DNA of 64,000 bases from Ostreococcus lucimarinus (Eukaryota): the NCBI GenBank assembly GCA_000092065.1, contig CP000589.1. One strand, 5' to 3'. Position 1 is the stretch's first letter, and the number at the start of each line of letters is the position of its first letter. A model generated the notes under the pieces. That model saw nothing but the letters and a program-made list of their open reading frames with translations, made no database searches and was not told the origin of the DNA. The translations under genes and the position numbers were made by a program. Positions 18,476-28,000 of the stretch are shown piece after piece.

Positions 18476-19519
18476 CTACGCGGAGGCGTCGAACGGGGAC
18501 GCGCCCGAGACGCCGTCGAATTTGCAATTCGAAAAGTCCATCTCGGGGTGCGCCGCCATGAATTTTTTGAGCGCGTCTTGCTTCGTCTGCTCGTCCGCCG
18601 TGGGCAAGCCCATCGCCTTTTGCCTTTGATCGTACATCATTTTTTCCACCGTCGAGCGCGTTTCGCCGTCGAGATCGTCCAGGCGGCTGTTCTCGGGTTC
18701 GACCTTTTTGGTGTCGATTTTCGGGTCGTCGACGAGGACGTGCGGCCACCACTCGGCGCCGGTTTTCGCTTTTTGTAAAAAGCACGACACGTAGGCGTTG
18801 TCCTCCAGCGTCCAGTAGCACTCGTCCGGGGTGATGGCGGCGTAGAACTCGCCCTCGATGCGCGGCTCCCCGCTCGCCGTTTTAAGCTTGAACGAGAATC
18901 TATTCTTCGCGAAGGCGCACTCGATCTCCTTCGACTTGGTCCCCGGCGGCACCGCCACGCGCACCTCCAAATCATCCAACGTCTGCGTCCACACGTACTT
19001 CTCCGCTTCGCCGCCGTTCCCTTTATTCGGCATCATCGTTCCCGGCGCGAGCGCGTGCGGATCCTCCTCTTCCGCGTCGTTCGTCGTCGTCGTCGCCGTC
19101 GCCGCCGCCTCGGCGTCCTCGGTCACCTCCGTCAATTTTCCCTTACTTTTCTCCATCTGCATCTCCAGCGTTCGCGCTCGCAGCGCCTCCACGCGCTGTC
19201 TCTCCGCCTCCTCCATCGCCCGCGCCTTCGCCGCGTCTCTCTCCGCCTTCAACCGCGCCGCGTCGTCGTCGCTCGCCGTCGCCGTCGTCGCCGCCTTCGC
19301 CGCCTTCGCCGCCGCTCGACCCCGCGTCGTCTTTCCCAGCGCCTCCCGCACCGCCGCCCCCGCGCGCTCGGCGTCGACGAAGAAATCCGTTTTCTCATCC
19401 AGGAACGCGAAGAACGCGTCCAGCAGCGTCGCGATCGGCGTTTCCCCGGGCGCGGCGTTCGCCGCGCAAATCTGCGCCGCATTGATGAAAAGCGCGTCCG
19501 TCTGCCGTCTGTGCGCCAT
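18476..19519 (-). CDS. NudC (nuclear distribution protein C) with CS domain
   Basis: N-terminal NudC-N helical region. CS/p23 domain: YVWTQTLDDLEVRVAVPPGTKSKEIECAFAKNRFSFKL...ECYWTLEDNAYVSCFLQK...EWWPHVL. Conserved C-terminus. Start is set at the internal ATG (MAHRRQTDALF); the rest of the 721-aa ORF is antisense to the divergent neighbour. Confidence 0.9.
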   Translation of the reverse strand: MAHRRQTDALFINAAQICAANAAPGETPIATLLDAFFAFLDEKTDFFVDAERAGAAVREALGKTTRGRAAAKAAKAATTATASDDDAARLKAERDAAKARAMEEAERQRVEALRARTLEMQMEKSKGKLTEVTEDAEAAATATTTTNDAEEEDPHALAPGTMMPNKGNGGEAEKYVWTQTLDDLEVRVAVPPGTKSKEIECAFAKNRFSFKLKTASGEPRIEGEFYAAITPDECYWTLEDNAYVSCFLQKAKTGAEWWPHVLVDDPKIDTKKVEPENSRLDDLDGETRSTVEKMMYDQRQKAMGLPTADEQTKQDALKKFMAAHPEMDFSNCKFDGVSGASPFDASA

Positions 19520-19814
19520 CGCTCGCGCCGCGCGCGCGTCCACGCGTCGCGTCGATCGCGACGAGGCCCTCGCGCGCGCGCTCGCGCGAACGCCGTCGAC
19601 GTCGCGACGCGACGCGCTCGATAGTGCCGCGTCGTGGATTCGAATCGCGTCGCGCGCGCCACTCCATCGCGCCCGTCGTCGCGCGCGCCGCTCGACCGCG
19701 CGCGGGCGTCGAGCGCGTTGTCGTCGACGTCGGCGCGCGCGCCGCGACGCCGCGACGCGCCGTCGGCGGCGGCGAACGCGCGCGAAAGATTCAAATCCGC
19801 GACAGCTGCGCGCG

Positions 19815-22811
19815 ATGACGACGACGACGATGGCGAGCGACGCGCTGAAGGCGCTGGAACCGGCGACGAGGGACGCGAACGCGTTCAAAGCGCGCGCGGC
19901 GCTGATCGCGATGCGTGAGATCATCGATGGGACGACGGAGGCGACGGAGGCGGGCGTCGGCGCGCGAGCGTGCTGGTCGGGCTGCCGCGAGTGGCTGGGA
20001 TCGGGAAAGAAAGACGCGAGAAAAGACGCGGTGAAGACGACGCTGGCGCTCATGCGGTGCGGAATAACGAGGGAAGAGATGGAGGATAAGCTGTCGTTCG
20101 CGTGGAAGCACGCGAACTGGCGGTTTCGAGTTTCGGCGATTGAAATTTTGAGCGCGACGATGGCGACGACGGAGGACGACGCGTTCGCGAGACGATGCTT
20201 TGATGCGTTCGCGCGGACGCTGGGGGATCGCGAAGGCGAAGTGCGCGAACAGGCGATGGATGGAATCGCGGTGGTGTTTGAAAAGTTTCCGCGCGTCGGG
20301 CGAGAGGCGCTCGAGGCGACGAAAGACGCGATGCGACCGCAACACGTCAAGGAGATCGAACGACGGTTGGACGGCGCGAAAGCGGAGACGAACGAGATGG
20401 AGACGTCGAAGTCGGCGAGCGAGAGCATGAGCGCGAGTGCGGTGGTGAAACCGCTGGGCGATGGATTGGTGCCGCCGCCGCCCGAACGTATATCCAACGA
20501 ACGAGAATTCACGCGCGCGATGGATCGCGTCACGCGAGACTTGCGCCCAGACGTGGATTGGCTGAAAAGAATCGCGGCTATGGTGCGTTTAGAGGCCATC
20601 ACGCTCGGCGGTGGCGGAGAGGTTTTCGAAGACGCGTTCACGTCGTCGCTCGGAAGAGCCGTGGAGGTGCTCTTGGCGCAAATTAGCGACAGACGAAGCG
20701 CCGTGGTGAAGCAAGTTTCTCACCTGCTCGTCACTCTGGCGCGCGGCGCGACGAAATCTTTCGCCCAATACGTCGATCATTTTGTCATGGCGCTCCTGAA
20801 AACGACTGTGGTTACCGTTGGTGTCATTGCCGACAGCGGAAATGCGTGCATTCGAGGCATCATCGAGCACTGCCACGCGCCGAAATTGGTCCAAAGATTA
20901 ACGGACGCCGTCGTCGCGGAGCGCGCGCCGAAGATGCGAGGCTGCATCGTGGAGTATCTTTCAATCATTTTGAAATCGTGGGAGTTGAGCAACCGTCACA
21001 TCGACGCCATCGGCGACGCTCTTCGAGTCACGTTGTCTGACGCGGATGCTACGGTTCGAGCGAATTCGAAAGCTTGCTTTGAGATCTTATCCGTGACGTC
21101 GCCGACGGCGAGCGGCGATCTCTTGACGCGCGTAGACTCGAAGCTCGCGAGAAGTTTGTCCAACTTGACCAACGACAGTGAGTCCGAAGAGACATCTTCC
21201 GTCGCTAGACGCGGTCGAAGCGGTTCGCTCTCGAGCGCGCCCAGTCGAATCGCGCCGGAAGCGCCTGCCGCCAAGAAACTGCCGACGCCGGCGCCCACCG
21301 AGGCGCGGGACATCGCTTCGGCGGTCATGTTCGCCGAACGCGTTGAACGCGCGGCTGAAAGAGCGAGTCGAGCCGAGGCAAGTTCGAGATTACGCGGCGC
21401 ACTCGACGACGCCGATGCACGCACGCACGGTGCGCGGGCGGCGCAGTTTGAGGCGCAGGTGACCCTGCACGCAGCGCGCATTGCCGAGCTTCTCTTGGGC
21501 TACATTTCTGACTCCAACGCCCTCGTTCTCGATCCTGCGCTCGAATCGATCGCCACGCTGGTGTACATCGCTTCGGAAGACTTGAAGCAAGTCATGCCAG
21601 ATTTGTGCTTGGGCGTATTCGAGTGCTTGACCGACCACCGCGAGTCGACGCGCTCTCTCTCCTCCGAAGCGCTCACCGCCATAGGCGACGTGCACAAGCC
21701 GAACGCTCTCTTGCCGGCGCTCTTGCGCTCATTACATCTCGCCTCGACGGCAAAAACAAAAACGGGTGTGTTAGAGTTCGCTTTATACGTTCTTTCCGGG
21801 CGCGGGGGCGGCGCGGATGAGGTCGTACACACGCCGGCGTCGGTATCCGCGAACTTGGAGTCGTGGATCGACCTCGTCGTTGAATTGGCGTGCGACGTCA
21901 ACGAACCGCTAGCCAAGGCGGCGGGGTCAAACTTGGGGGCGATCCACGTGCACGTCGACGGCGCAGTCGTACCGCGTCGGTTGTTGGCGAGCTCGGAATA
22001 TAAGCGAGTTCGGTTTATGGAAGCCATCGAGCGGCGCGTGCCTAAGCTCGCGGAAATGTTGCGACCATTTCTCGAAGCGCCGCCGACGCCGCCGCCAGCG
22101 CCGCCGCCAGCGCCAGCGCCCTCGCCACCGGTCGTCACAGCTACGATGCACGACGTTGGATACGACAGCCTTGACGAAGAACACGGGTATGAAGACCAGA
22201 ACATGGGGTCGCTGAACCGGTCCTATGAAACGATGCGTATCGAGGCGTCCGCAGGCAAGTCTCGCCACGCCGGCGTCGGCGAGCGAATCGTCGAGGCGAT
22301 GGAAGGCTTACGCGATGAGAATATCGACACGGTCGTGCGTTCGCTGCGCACGATCGCCTCGAGTGCCGAAGACTGCTTCGCACACTTCAAACCGTACATG
22401 CCGTTGCTCGTGCCTACCGTGTGTTCGGCGATGGACGATGAGAATGAACTCGTCGCCGCTCACGCCTATGGGGCACTTCGTGCAATTTTTCAACATCGAG
22501 AAATTGATACTGAGGACGCGTTTACCGCGCTCGCACCTTTGATTAACGCATATAGCGCGTCCACAGCGCCGCTCATATGCGCGCACATGATCATCGAAAC
22601 CGCCGATGCGGCGAGCGTGGAGTCATCGTTGCCGCTCGTCTTGCCGAGCGTCGCGGATGTGTGCGCGAGCAAGACCGTCGCCATTCGCCATCGCGCTTTG
22701 AACGCGCTCGGTGCGTGTCAACGCACATTCGGCGCGGCTTCGCTTTCGCCATACGTCGAAGCGTTATCGGTCACCCATCGCGCTGTGCTCGCCCATTACG
22801 CACGCAATTGA
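19815..22811 (+). CDS. HEAT-repeat protein with CLASP-N/TOG-like region
   Basis: About 1000 aa of alpha-helical repeat sequence, for example VSHLLVTLARGATKSFAQYVDHFVMALLKTTVVTVGVIADSGNACIRGIIEHC...IVEYLSIILKSWE, resembling CLASP N-terminal TOG repeats. Start is set at ATG 19815 (MTTTTMASDAL), clear of the divergent NudC gene. Family assignment is tentative. Confidence 0.55.
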   Translation: MTTTTMASDALKALEPATRDANAFKARAALIAMREIIDGTTEATEAGVGARACWSGCREWLGSGKKDARKDAVKTTLALMRCGITREEMEDKLSFAWKHANWRFRVSAIEILSATMATTEDDAFARRCFDAFARTLGDREGEVREQAMDGIAVVFEKFPRVGREALEATKDAMRPQHVKEIERRLDGAKAETNEMETSKSASESMSASAVVKPLGDGLVPPPPERISNEREFTRAMDRVTRDLRPDVDWLKRIAAMVRLEAITLGGGGEVFEDAFTSSLGRAVEVLLAQISDRRSAVVKQVSHLLVTLARGATKSFAQYVDHFVMALLKTTVVTVGVIADSGNACIRGIIEHCHAPKLVQRLTDAVVAERAPKMRGCIVEYLSIILKSWELSNRHIDAIGDALRVTLSDADATVRANSKACFEILSVTSPTASGDLLTRVDSKLARSLSNLTNDSESEETSSVARRGRSGSLSSAPSRIAPEAPAAKKLPTPAPTEARDIASAVMFAERVERAAERASRAEASSRLRGALDDADARTHGARAAQFEAQVTLHAARIAELLLGYISDSNALVLDPALESIATLVYIASEDLKQVMPDLCLGVFECLTDHRESTRSLSSEALTAIGDVHKPNALLPALLRSLHLASTAKTKTGVLEFALYVLSGRGGGADEVVHTPASVSANLESWIDLVVELACDVNEPLAKAAGSNLGAIHVHVDGAVVPRRLLASSEYKRVRFMEAIERRVPKLAEMLRPFLEAPPTPPPAPPPAPAPSPPVVTATMHDVGYDSLDEEHGYEDQNMGSLNRSYETMRIEASAGKSRHAGVGERIVEAMEGLRDENIDTVVRSLRTIASSAEDCFAHFKPYMPLLVPTVCSAMDDENELVAAHAYGALRAIFQHREIDTEDAFTALAPLINAYSASTAPLICAHMIIETADAASVESSLPLVLPSVADVCASKTVAIRHRALNALGACQRTFGAASLSPYVEALSVTHRAVLAHYARN

Positions 22812-23064
22812 CTTTGTAAATATTAAAAACAACCTGCTTGCCGAAGAGTTTACGCGACTGCACACGCTCCGTCATCCGTCGCCTCGCACGCGTCACCGAG
22901 CGCGGGTTTCCAATCGAACGGATCAACCCACGGCCCGAACGCGATAGCGTCATTAGCGTTGCCCGCCTTGCGCGAGGAGAGGCGACGAAGATGGATCGAA
23001 TTTAAAACGGTATCGCGCGCGATGCGGTGGCGCGCGCGTCATCGCGAGCGAGTGCGCGGAAATA

Positions 23065-23811
23065 TCATCGCTGAATGACGACGGCGCCGGCGAGACCGGC
23101 GTCGGCGATGACGGCGTCGTCGTCGGAGAGCGTTTTCGGCGGAAAGCCCGAGAGCTGCAGCGTGTACGCGAAGGATTCATCCGGGCGCGATCTCGCGATG
23201 AAAGAGTGGATGTGCGCGACGGTGTGCGTGGTGTTGAACTTGGCCACCAAACGGCTTCCGTCGCGAAGTCTGATTTGAATCGACGTCGTCGGTTGGGACT
23301 CGTCGACGTTCCACTCGACCGTCGACGCGGGCGCCGTCGATGCGGGCGCCGGTTCGCTGTCGCTCGCGAGCGTGCGCCCGGATCCACCGAACGCCCTGTA
23401 CTTTGGCTCTTTCGGCGGTACGTACGGCTCGTGACGCTGCACTAAATTGATGTTCACCCGTTCGGTTCTGCTCCGCGGCGCGAGCTCCGCCGGCGCCTCG
23501 CCGCGTCCGATGGACTCCATGAACGCCACGTTCGCGGGGTCATCGAACGTGCGCAGCGGTCCATCATCGACCGTGAACCCATTCTGCCAAAACGTGACGA
23601 CGCGACTGACGATCCCATCGTCCGCGTTCGCCGCCGTCGCCGCGCTCGCTTCCTCTTCGTCCGCGGCTTCTTCCTCCGCGCTCGAGTTCAGCGTTCGCCC
23701 GCGTCCTCGAAACGCCGTCGCCGCCCCGCCTCGCGCGCCTCGACTTTCATTCGGGTTCAAATCCTCCGCCGTGCCGTCCATCGCACCGTGCGCGCGAGCG
23801 CTGTCGAACAT
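23065..23811 (-). CDS. p47/Shp1-like cofactor (SEP + UBX domains, no UBA in the contiguous ORF)
   Basis: SEP domain: VTFWQNGFTVDDGPLRTFDDPANVAFMESIGRGEAP. UBX domain: TTSIQIRLRDGSRLVAKFNTTHTVAHIHSFI...LQLSGFPPKTLSDDDAVIADAGLAGAVVIQ. The ORF-track start at 23940 is GTG with an in-frame TGA just upstream; the first ATG is 23809-23811. The true N-terminus may lie on an upstream micro-exon (see findings). Confidence 0.8.
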   Translation of the reverse strand: MFDSARAHGAMDGTAEDLNPNESRGARGGAATAFRGRGRTLNSSAEEEAADEEEASAATAANADDGIVSRVVTFWQNGFTVDDGPLRTFDDPANVAFMESIGRGEAPAELAPRSRTERVNINLVQRHEPYVPPKEPKYRAFGGSGRTLASDSEPAPASTAPASTVEWNVDESQPTTSIQIRLRDGSRLVAKFNTTHTVAHIHSFIARSRPDESFAYTLQLSGFPPKTLSDDDAVIADAGLAGAVVIQR

Positions 23812-24231
23812 CGACGCCAGTCGCGCGTCGGGTCGCTCTCGCGGGTCGATCACCGCCTGCCCACTCGACGCGCCGCCCGTGTACCACTCCTGCGGATCGG
23901 GGCCGTTCGAGTCGGAGGCATCGTCGTTGCGTTCGTTCACGTCGCGCAGGCCGCGAACGTTGGACTGCGAGCGCGGTCAGTCGGTTGATTTCGATGTCGT
24001 TGAGATTACTGAGATGACCACGCGAGCGCGCGTCGCGCGTCGATCGGGACGAATCGCGCGCGCGCGGGCGTACCATGTCGCGCGTGTTTCGTCGTGCGCG
24101 CCGTCGAGCGATCGGGAGACGTCGCGTCGCGAGGTGAGGTTCGTAACTGCTCCCGACTGGAACTACAATGACAAAGAGAAGAGTCGCTAGGCGTCTTCGT
24201 CGCCGGCGCCAATGCGGCGCCAAGGTGTCGG

Positions 24232-26991
24232 CTATTTCTTACCGCGGCGCTTCTTCTCCGCGGACGCCCAGCCGGCTTCGTTGTCCTCGCCGTCGGCACC
24301 GGAGAACCCGGGACCGGCGCCTTGAGCGGCCACCTTGGCGAGCTCGCCGTTGCCCAAACCTTCGGCGAGCGACGGGTCGGCGCGCTTTTGACGGATGAGC
24401 TCGACCGCGAACGCGCTAGCCTGCGGGGTTTTGCCCAAGTATAACGCGACGTACTCTTGAACCTCGCCCGCGGAGGGTAAACCGAGCAAGAAATCCACCA
24501 AAGTCATGTCGTCTGAATTGTTCAACTGGGACATTTGCGCCTTGCACCACGCGCGCAGGGCGTTTTTGTTGTTCAAAGGAGGCAAACCTGAAGGCAAGGG
24601 GGCGCTCGACGACATCGCGGACTGCGTGAGAGGGGCGACCGCGTTACCGATGACGGGTCGAGCCTTTGGCGCCTGCGACTGAGGCACAGACCTCGGCACC
24701 ACCATCGGCGCGGACGGACGCGGCGCGACTTGACTCGGCGCCGCGGCGGCGGCCCAGCCTCCAGAAGTTTGCATCGCCTGGTTTTGCTGGGCCATCGCCG
24801 CTTCAGCCTCGTGTTTCGCCGCGGCGCGCAACGCTTCCTCTTCCTGGATTTGCTTCAAGCTCTTGCCACCGCCGCCAGCGTTGCCACCCCAAGCCCCGCC
24901 GAAAGCGGTGTGCGTGCTCGGGGGCGGCGCGTTCTTCGCCGCTTGCGCGGCGCGCGCCTCTTCCTCGCGTTGAATATCCAGGAGCGTCTTACCGGCGACC
25001 GCCGCTGGTAGTGCAGGAGCGGCACCACCCCAGGCTGGTCCAGTCGGCGCCGCCTTCGCGGGTTCTGGTGCGGGTTCGACGCGCGGCGGCATCGTGACGG
25101 GGGGGGGCATCGCCGGCTGCGGCGGCGGTTGACGCGGCACATCTCGCGCTGCCGGTGGCGCGTCCCACTTCGAAGACGCATCCGCGCTCGCGACTTCTTG
25201 TCTACCACTTCTATCGTGCATGTGTCTGTTCTCGATGTCCGCGAGCGTCATACCGCGAGCTCGTGGCGGCGCCCCGCCCGCTTGACTAGATATCCCCAAG
25301 CCCGCGGCAAAGTTGGCGAGAGCGTTCGATCTCGCCGCTTGCTGCGACATGGCTTTAGGAGCGATGCCGTGCGACTGCTCTATCTCTTCTAACGTGAGAC
25401 CTCGCGGTGGAGGCGCTCCGGAAGGTTGCGCCTGCTGCGAGAGCCACGGTGGTAAACCGCCCTGCTGTCGCGGCGGCGGCGCCTGTTGTTGCGGCGGCGG
25501 CGCCTGTTGCATCGGGATGCGGTAGCGCCAGCCGTTTTGCAAGAGTTCGATTAACGGCATGAAGGGCGCACCGGCCGGAGCGTCGATCGGTTTGCACGGT
25601 AAATCGTTCGGAAAGAAGCCGCCTTGATGCCATTCTATGAGCTCTTGACGCGTGAACGGGCCCTGTTGCTGTCCCGAAGGATCGAGATAGAGCCAGTCGA
25701 CGTTTGCCGGTACCGGAGGCGGCAACTGCTGCTGCGTAGGCGGCATCTGTTGTCGTTGCTGCGGTGGGATCTGTTGCTGCGGCGGCGGCATCTGCATCGG
25801 CGGCATCTGCATCGGCGGCATCTGCACCGTTTGTTGCGGCGGCGCCTGCATCATGCCTCCGATGTGAGAGAGGTGCGGCATGAGCGTCTCGTCCTCTTCT
25901 AAAGCGACGAATCGAGATGTTCTCGATTGTTCTTGCGCTGGAACCGCGGGCTTGCCGAGACCAGCCAAACCGAGTCGTTCCTCCGCCGTGAGCTGCGGCA
26001 GCGCGGTACCCAAGAAAGAATCGTCCGTCAAGCTGGCGTCAGCCAAAGAGTTGCCTTCTTGAGCCCACTCGGGGACGTCGTCTTTCGCCTTACGGGTCGT
26101 CGTCGCCGCCGACGCCGCCGTCTTCGGTTCGGGCACCGGTTCCTTCTTCTTCTGCCAGTCGCCGTGGCGACCAATCATCGTCAGCTCCCACATCGGATCT
26201 CCCGGTTTGATCGCCTTCAACGGCACGTTCGTCCCGCACACGTCTTCTGGCAACTTACACGTCTGCAAAGCCTCCATCTCGCGCAGAATCGTCACCAACT
26301 GGGCGGCATCGTAGCGATACTTGGCGCCGTTCTCCTTCTTTTCTGGCGGCGTCTCCGCCGGCGCCGCGTCGTCGCCCGTCTTTTCGCCGTCGTCCGCAAA
26401 CTGCCCGCTCGCCGCTTTTCTCGCCATCACCGCATCGAAGAACGCATCGCTCACGCTGCTCACTTGCAACGCCCCCAAACTCAGCTCCAACGCCTGCCCG
26501 CCGCTCTTCCCGCGTCCCATCGTAAAACCGCGACCGGCGGGTCTCGTCGGAATCCCTTCCCGCGCCTGCGCGCGTCCGCTTCCGTGTCGTCCGCGCCCTT
26601 CGCCTCCCTCCGCCTTCGCATCGCCTCCCTCCGCTCGCTTCCCATCGCCGTCGATCCACGCCTTGGACCCCCACGAATCCCTCGCGTCTCGCTTGCCCCA
26701 CCCCGGCGGTCCGCCATCCTTCCCGTACTTCTCCCGTCGCTCACCTCGACTCGCGCGCTCGCGTCTCGACCCCCCGCTCGCCGCGCCCTGTCCATCGCCA
26801 TCGCCTCGCCACTTTACCTTCGCTTCCTCGCGCGTGTCGCTCTCTCGTCTCGCGCCGCCGTCGTGCGACTTTCGCGCGTCGCCGTCGCGATCGCGGTGTC
26901 CGTGCCCGTGCGCCGTGTGCCACCCCCCCCCGTCGTCCTGCCCGCGCGCGCTCGTCGCCCTCGACCCATCGTCGCCTTTCGCGTCGCTCAT
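24232..26991 (-). CDS. GYF-domain protein, Gln/Pro-rich (GIGYF/SMY2-like)
   Basis: GYF domain: NVDWLYLDPSGQQQGPFTRQELIEWHQGGFFPNDLPCKPID. Long PQQ/PPM low-complexity stretches. Real ATG at 26989-26991. Confidence 0.8.
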   Translation of the reverse strand: MSDAKGDDGSRATSARGQDDGGGWHTAHGHGHRDRDGDARKSHDGGARRESDTREEAKVKWRGDGDGQGAASGGSRRERASRGERREKYGKDGGPPGWGKRDARDSWGSKAWIDGDGKRAEGGDAKAEGGEGRGRHGSGRAQAREGIPTRPAGRGFTMGRGKSGGQALELSLGALQVSSVSDAFFDAVMARKAASGQFADDGEKTGDDAAPAETPPEKKENGAKYRYDAAQLVTILREMEALQTCKLPEDVCGTNVPLKAIKPGDPMWELTMIGRHGDWQKKKEPVPEPKTAASAATTTRKAKDDVPEWAQEGNSLADASLTDDSFLGTALPQLTAEERLGLAGLGKPAVPAQEQSRTSRFVALEEDETLMPHLSHIGGMMQAPPQQTVQMPPMQMPPMQMPPPQQQIPPQQRQQMPPTQQQLPPPVPANVDWLYLDPSGQQQGPFTRQELIEWHQGGFFPNDLPCKPIDAPAGAPFMPLIELLQNGWRYRIPMQQAPPPQQQAPPPRQQGGLPPWLSQQAQPSGAPPPRGLTLEEIEQSHGIAPKAMSQQAARSNALANFAAGLGISSQAGGAPPRARGMTLADIENRHMHDRSGRQEVASADASSKWDAPPAARDVPRQPPPQPAMPPPVTMPPRVEPAPEPAKAAPTGPAWGGAAPALPAAVAGKTLLDIQREEEARAAQAAKNAPPPSTHTAFGGAWGGNAGGGGKSLKQIQEEEALRAAAKHEAEAAMAQQNQAMQTSGGWAAAAAPSQVAPRPSAPMVVPRSVPQSQAPKARPVIGNAVAPLTQSAMSSSAPLPSGLPPLNNKNALRAWCKAQMSQLNNSDDMTLVDFLLGLPSAGEVQEYVALYLGKTPQASAFAVELIRQKRADPSLAEGLGNGELAKVAAQGAGPGFSGADGEDNEAGWASAEKKRRGKK
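25784..25828. repeat. 15-bp tandem repeat x3 (ggcggcatctgcatc), coding
   Basis: Encodes the MPPMQ MPPMQ MPP stretch inside the GYF-protein gene (minus strand). Seen directly. Confidence 0.85.
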
Positions 26992-27234
26992 CGCGCGATT
27001 CGCGCGTCGTCAGCGTCGTCGGCGCGCGGATTCTCCCGCCCGCGTCCGATCGACCGATTCGATCGAATCCGGCGTCGCGTCGCCTCGCGCGCGCTCCGCG
27101 GTGGCGCGGCGCGCGTCGTCGTCGACCGCGACGTCGTCGCCGAGAGCGCGTCGTCGCGACGCCGTGCGCGTCGCCGAGTCGCGCGCGCGCGTCGAATTGT
27201 CGCGCGATTCGATGCGTCGTCACTCCGCGTCGTC

Positions 27235-27972
27235 ATGCGCGCCGCGGCGCGCGTCGCCGGGGCGCTCGCGAGGCCCGGGCGCGCGCGTCGTCGAGCGTTC
27301 GCGCCGCGGCGCGCGTCGCCGCGTCGCGCGTCGACGCGCGCGGGCGCGGGCGCGCGCGACGACGGGGACGGCGGGCGACGCTTCGTCGCGCCGAGCGAGG
27401 GCGCGACGGCGGCGCTCGCGCGGGCGCTCGCGCGCGTCGCGCGCGAGGGAGACGTGATATGCCTGCGCGGCGACGTGGGGGCGGGAAAGAGCGCGTTCGC
27501 GCGGGCGTTCACGCGCGCGGCGACGGGGGACGACGGGCTGGACGTGCCGTCGCCGACGTATCTGGTGCAACAGCGGTACGACGCGCGCGAGGGAAGCGAT
27601 GGCGGGAGAGGGATGCGCGTGCATCACTACGATTTGTATCGCCTGCGGGACGCGAGCGAGATCGAGGCGATGGTGGATCTGGAGGAGAGCGCGGAGAGCG
27701 CGGTTTCGGTGCTGGAGTGGAGCGAACGGTTGGGACGGTTGACGCCGGAGACGCGGTTGGAGGTGCGAGTGCGCGCGATCGGGGCGGGAGAGCGCGCGTG
27801 CGGTGAGGTGGTGGATGACTCGGGCGAGACGGCGAGCGAGGAGGGCGACGAGGAGGGCGAGGAGGAGGAGGAGGAGACGGACGCGGCGTACGTGGACGTC
27901 GCCGCGCGATCGTTTCGGTTCGTCGGTTTCGGCGGCGATTGGGCGGATCGAATCGCGCGGATATCGCCGTAG
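27235..27972 (+). CDS. TsaE/YjeE-family ATPase (t6A tRNA-modification accessory protein) with N-terminal presequence
   Basis: Walker A and family motifs collinear with bacterial TsaE: GDVGAGKSAFARAFTRA...VPSPTYLVQQRY...HHYDLYRL. A ~60-aa Arg/Ala/Ser-rich leader suggests organellar targeting. Start is set at the internal ATG (MRAAARVAG). Confidence 0.8.
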   Translation: MRAAARVAGALARPGRARRRAFAPRRASPRRASTRAGAGARDDGDGGRRFVAPSEGATAALARALARVAREGDVICLRGDVGAGKSAFARAFTRAATGDDGLDVPSPTYLVQQRYDAREGSDGGRGMRVHHYDLYRLRDASEIEAMVDLEESAESAVSVLEWSERLGRLTPETRLEVRVRAIGAGERACGEVVDDSGETASEEGDEEGEEEEEETDAAYVDVAARSFRFVGFGGDWADRIARISP

Positions 27973-28000
27973 TGCGCGCGATGAAAAATATGTAGAATTA

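Noticed and set aside
19630-19660. tRNA-like T-loop motif ggattcgaatc (19637-19648), which also produces the tell-tale RDSNP/GFESR peptides in two ORF-track entries
   Set aside because: I could not fold a cloverleaf. On both strands the five bases flanking TTCGAAT do not pair (3/5 at best). No complementary 7-bp acceptor stem is found within 80 nt. It is most likely a chance match or a degenerate tRNA-derived remnant in the NudC/HEAT promoter spacer.
18858-19814. N-terminal 319 codons of the 1317-aa ORF 18858..22811+
   Set aside because: This part is antisense to the NudC gene and Ser/Ala-rich low complexity. The HEAT-repeat gene more plausibly starts at ATG 19815, leaving a 295-bp divergent spacer.
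25927-27234. Upstream 435 codons of the 681-aa ORF 25927..27972+
   Set aside because: Only the last 245 codons (from ATG 27235) resemble TsaE. The upstream part is antisense to the GYF gene and Arg-rich.
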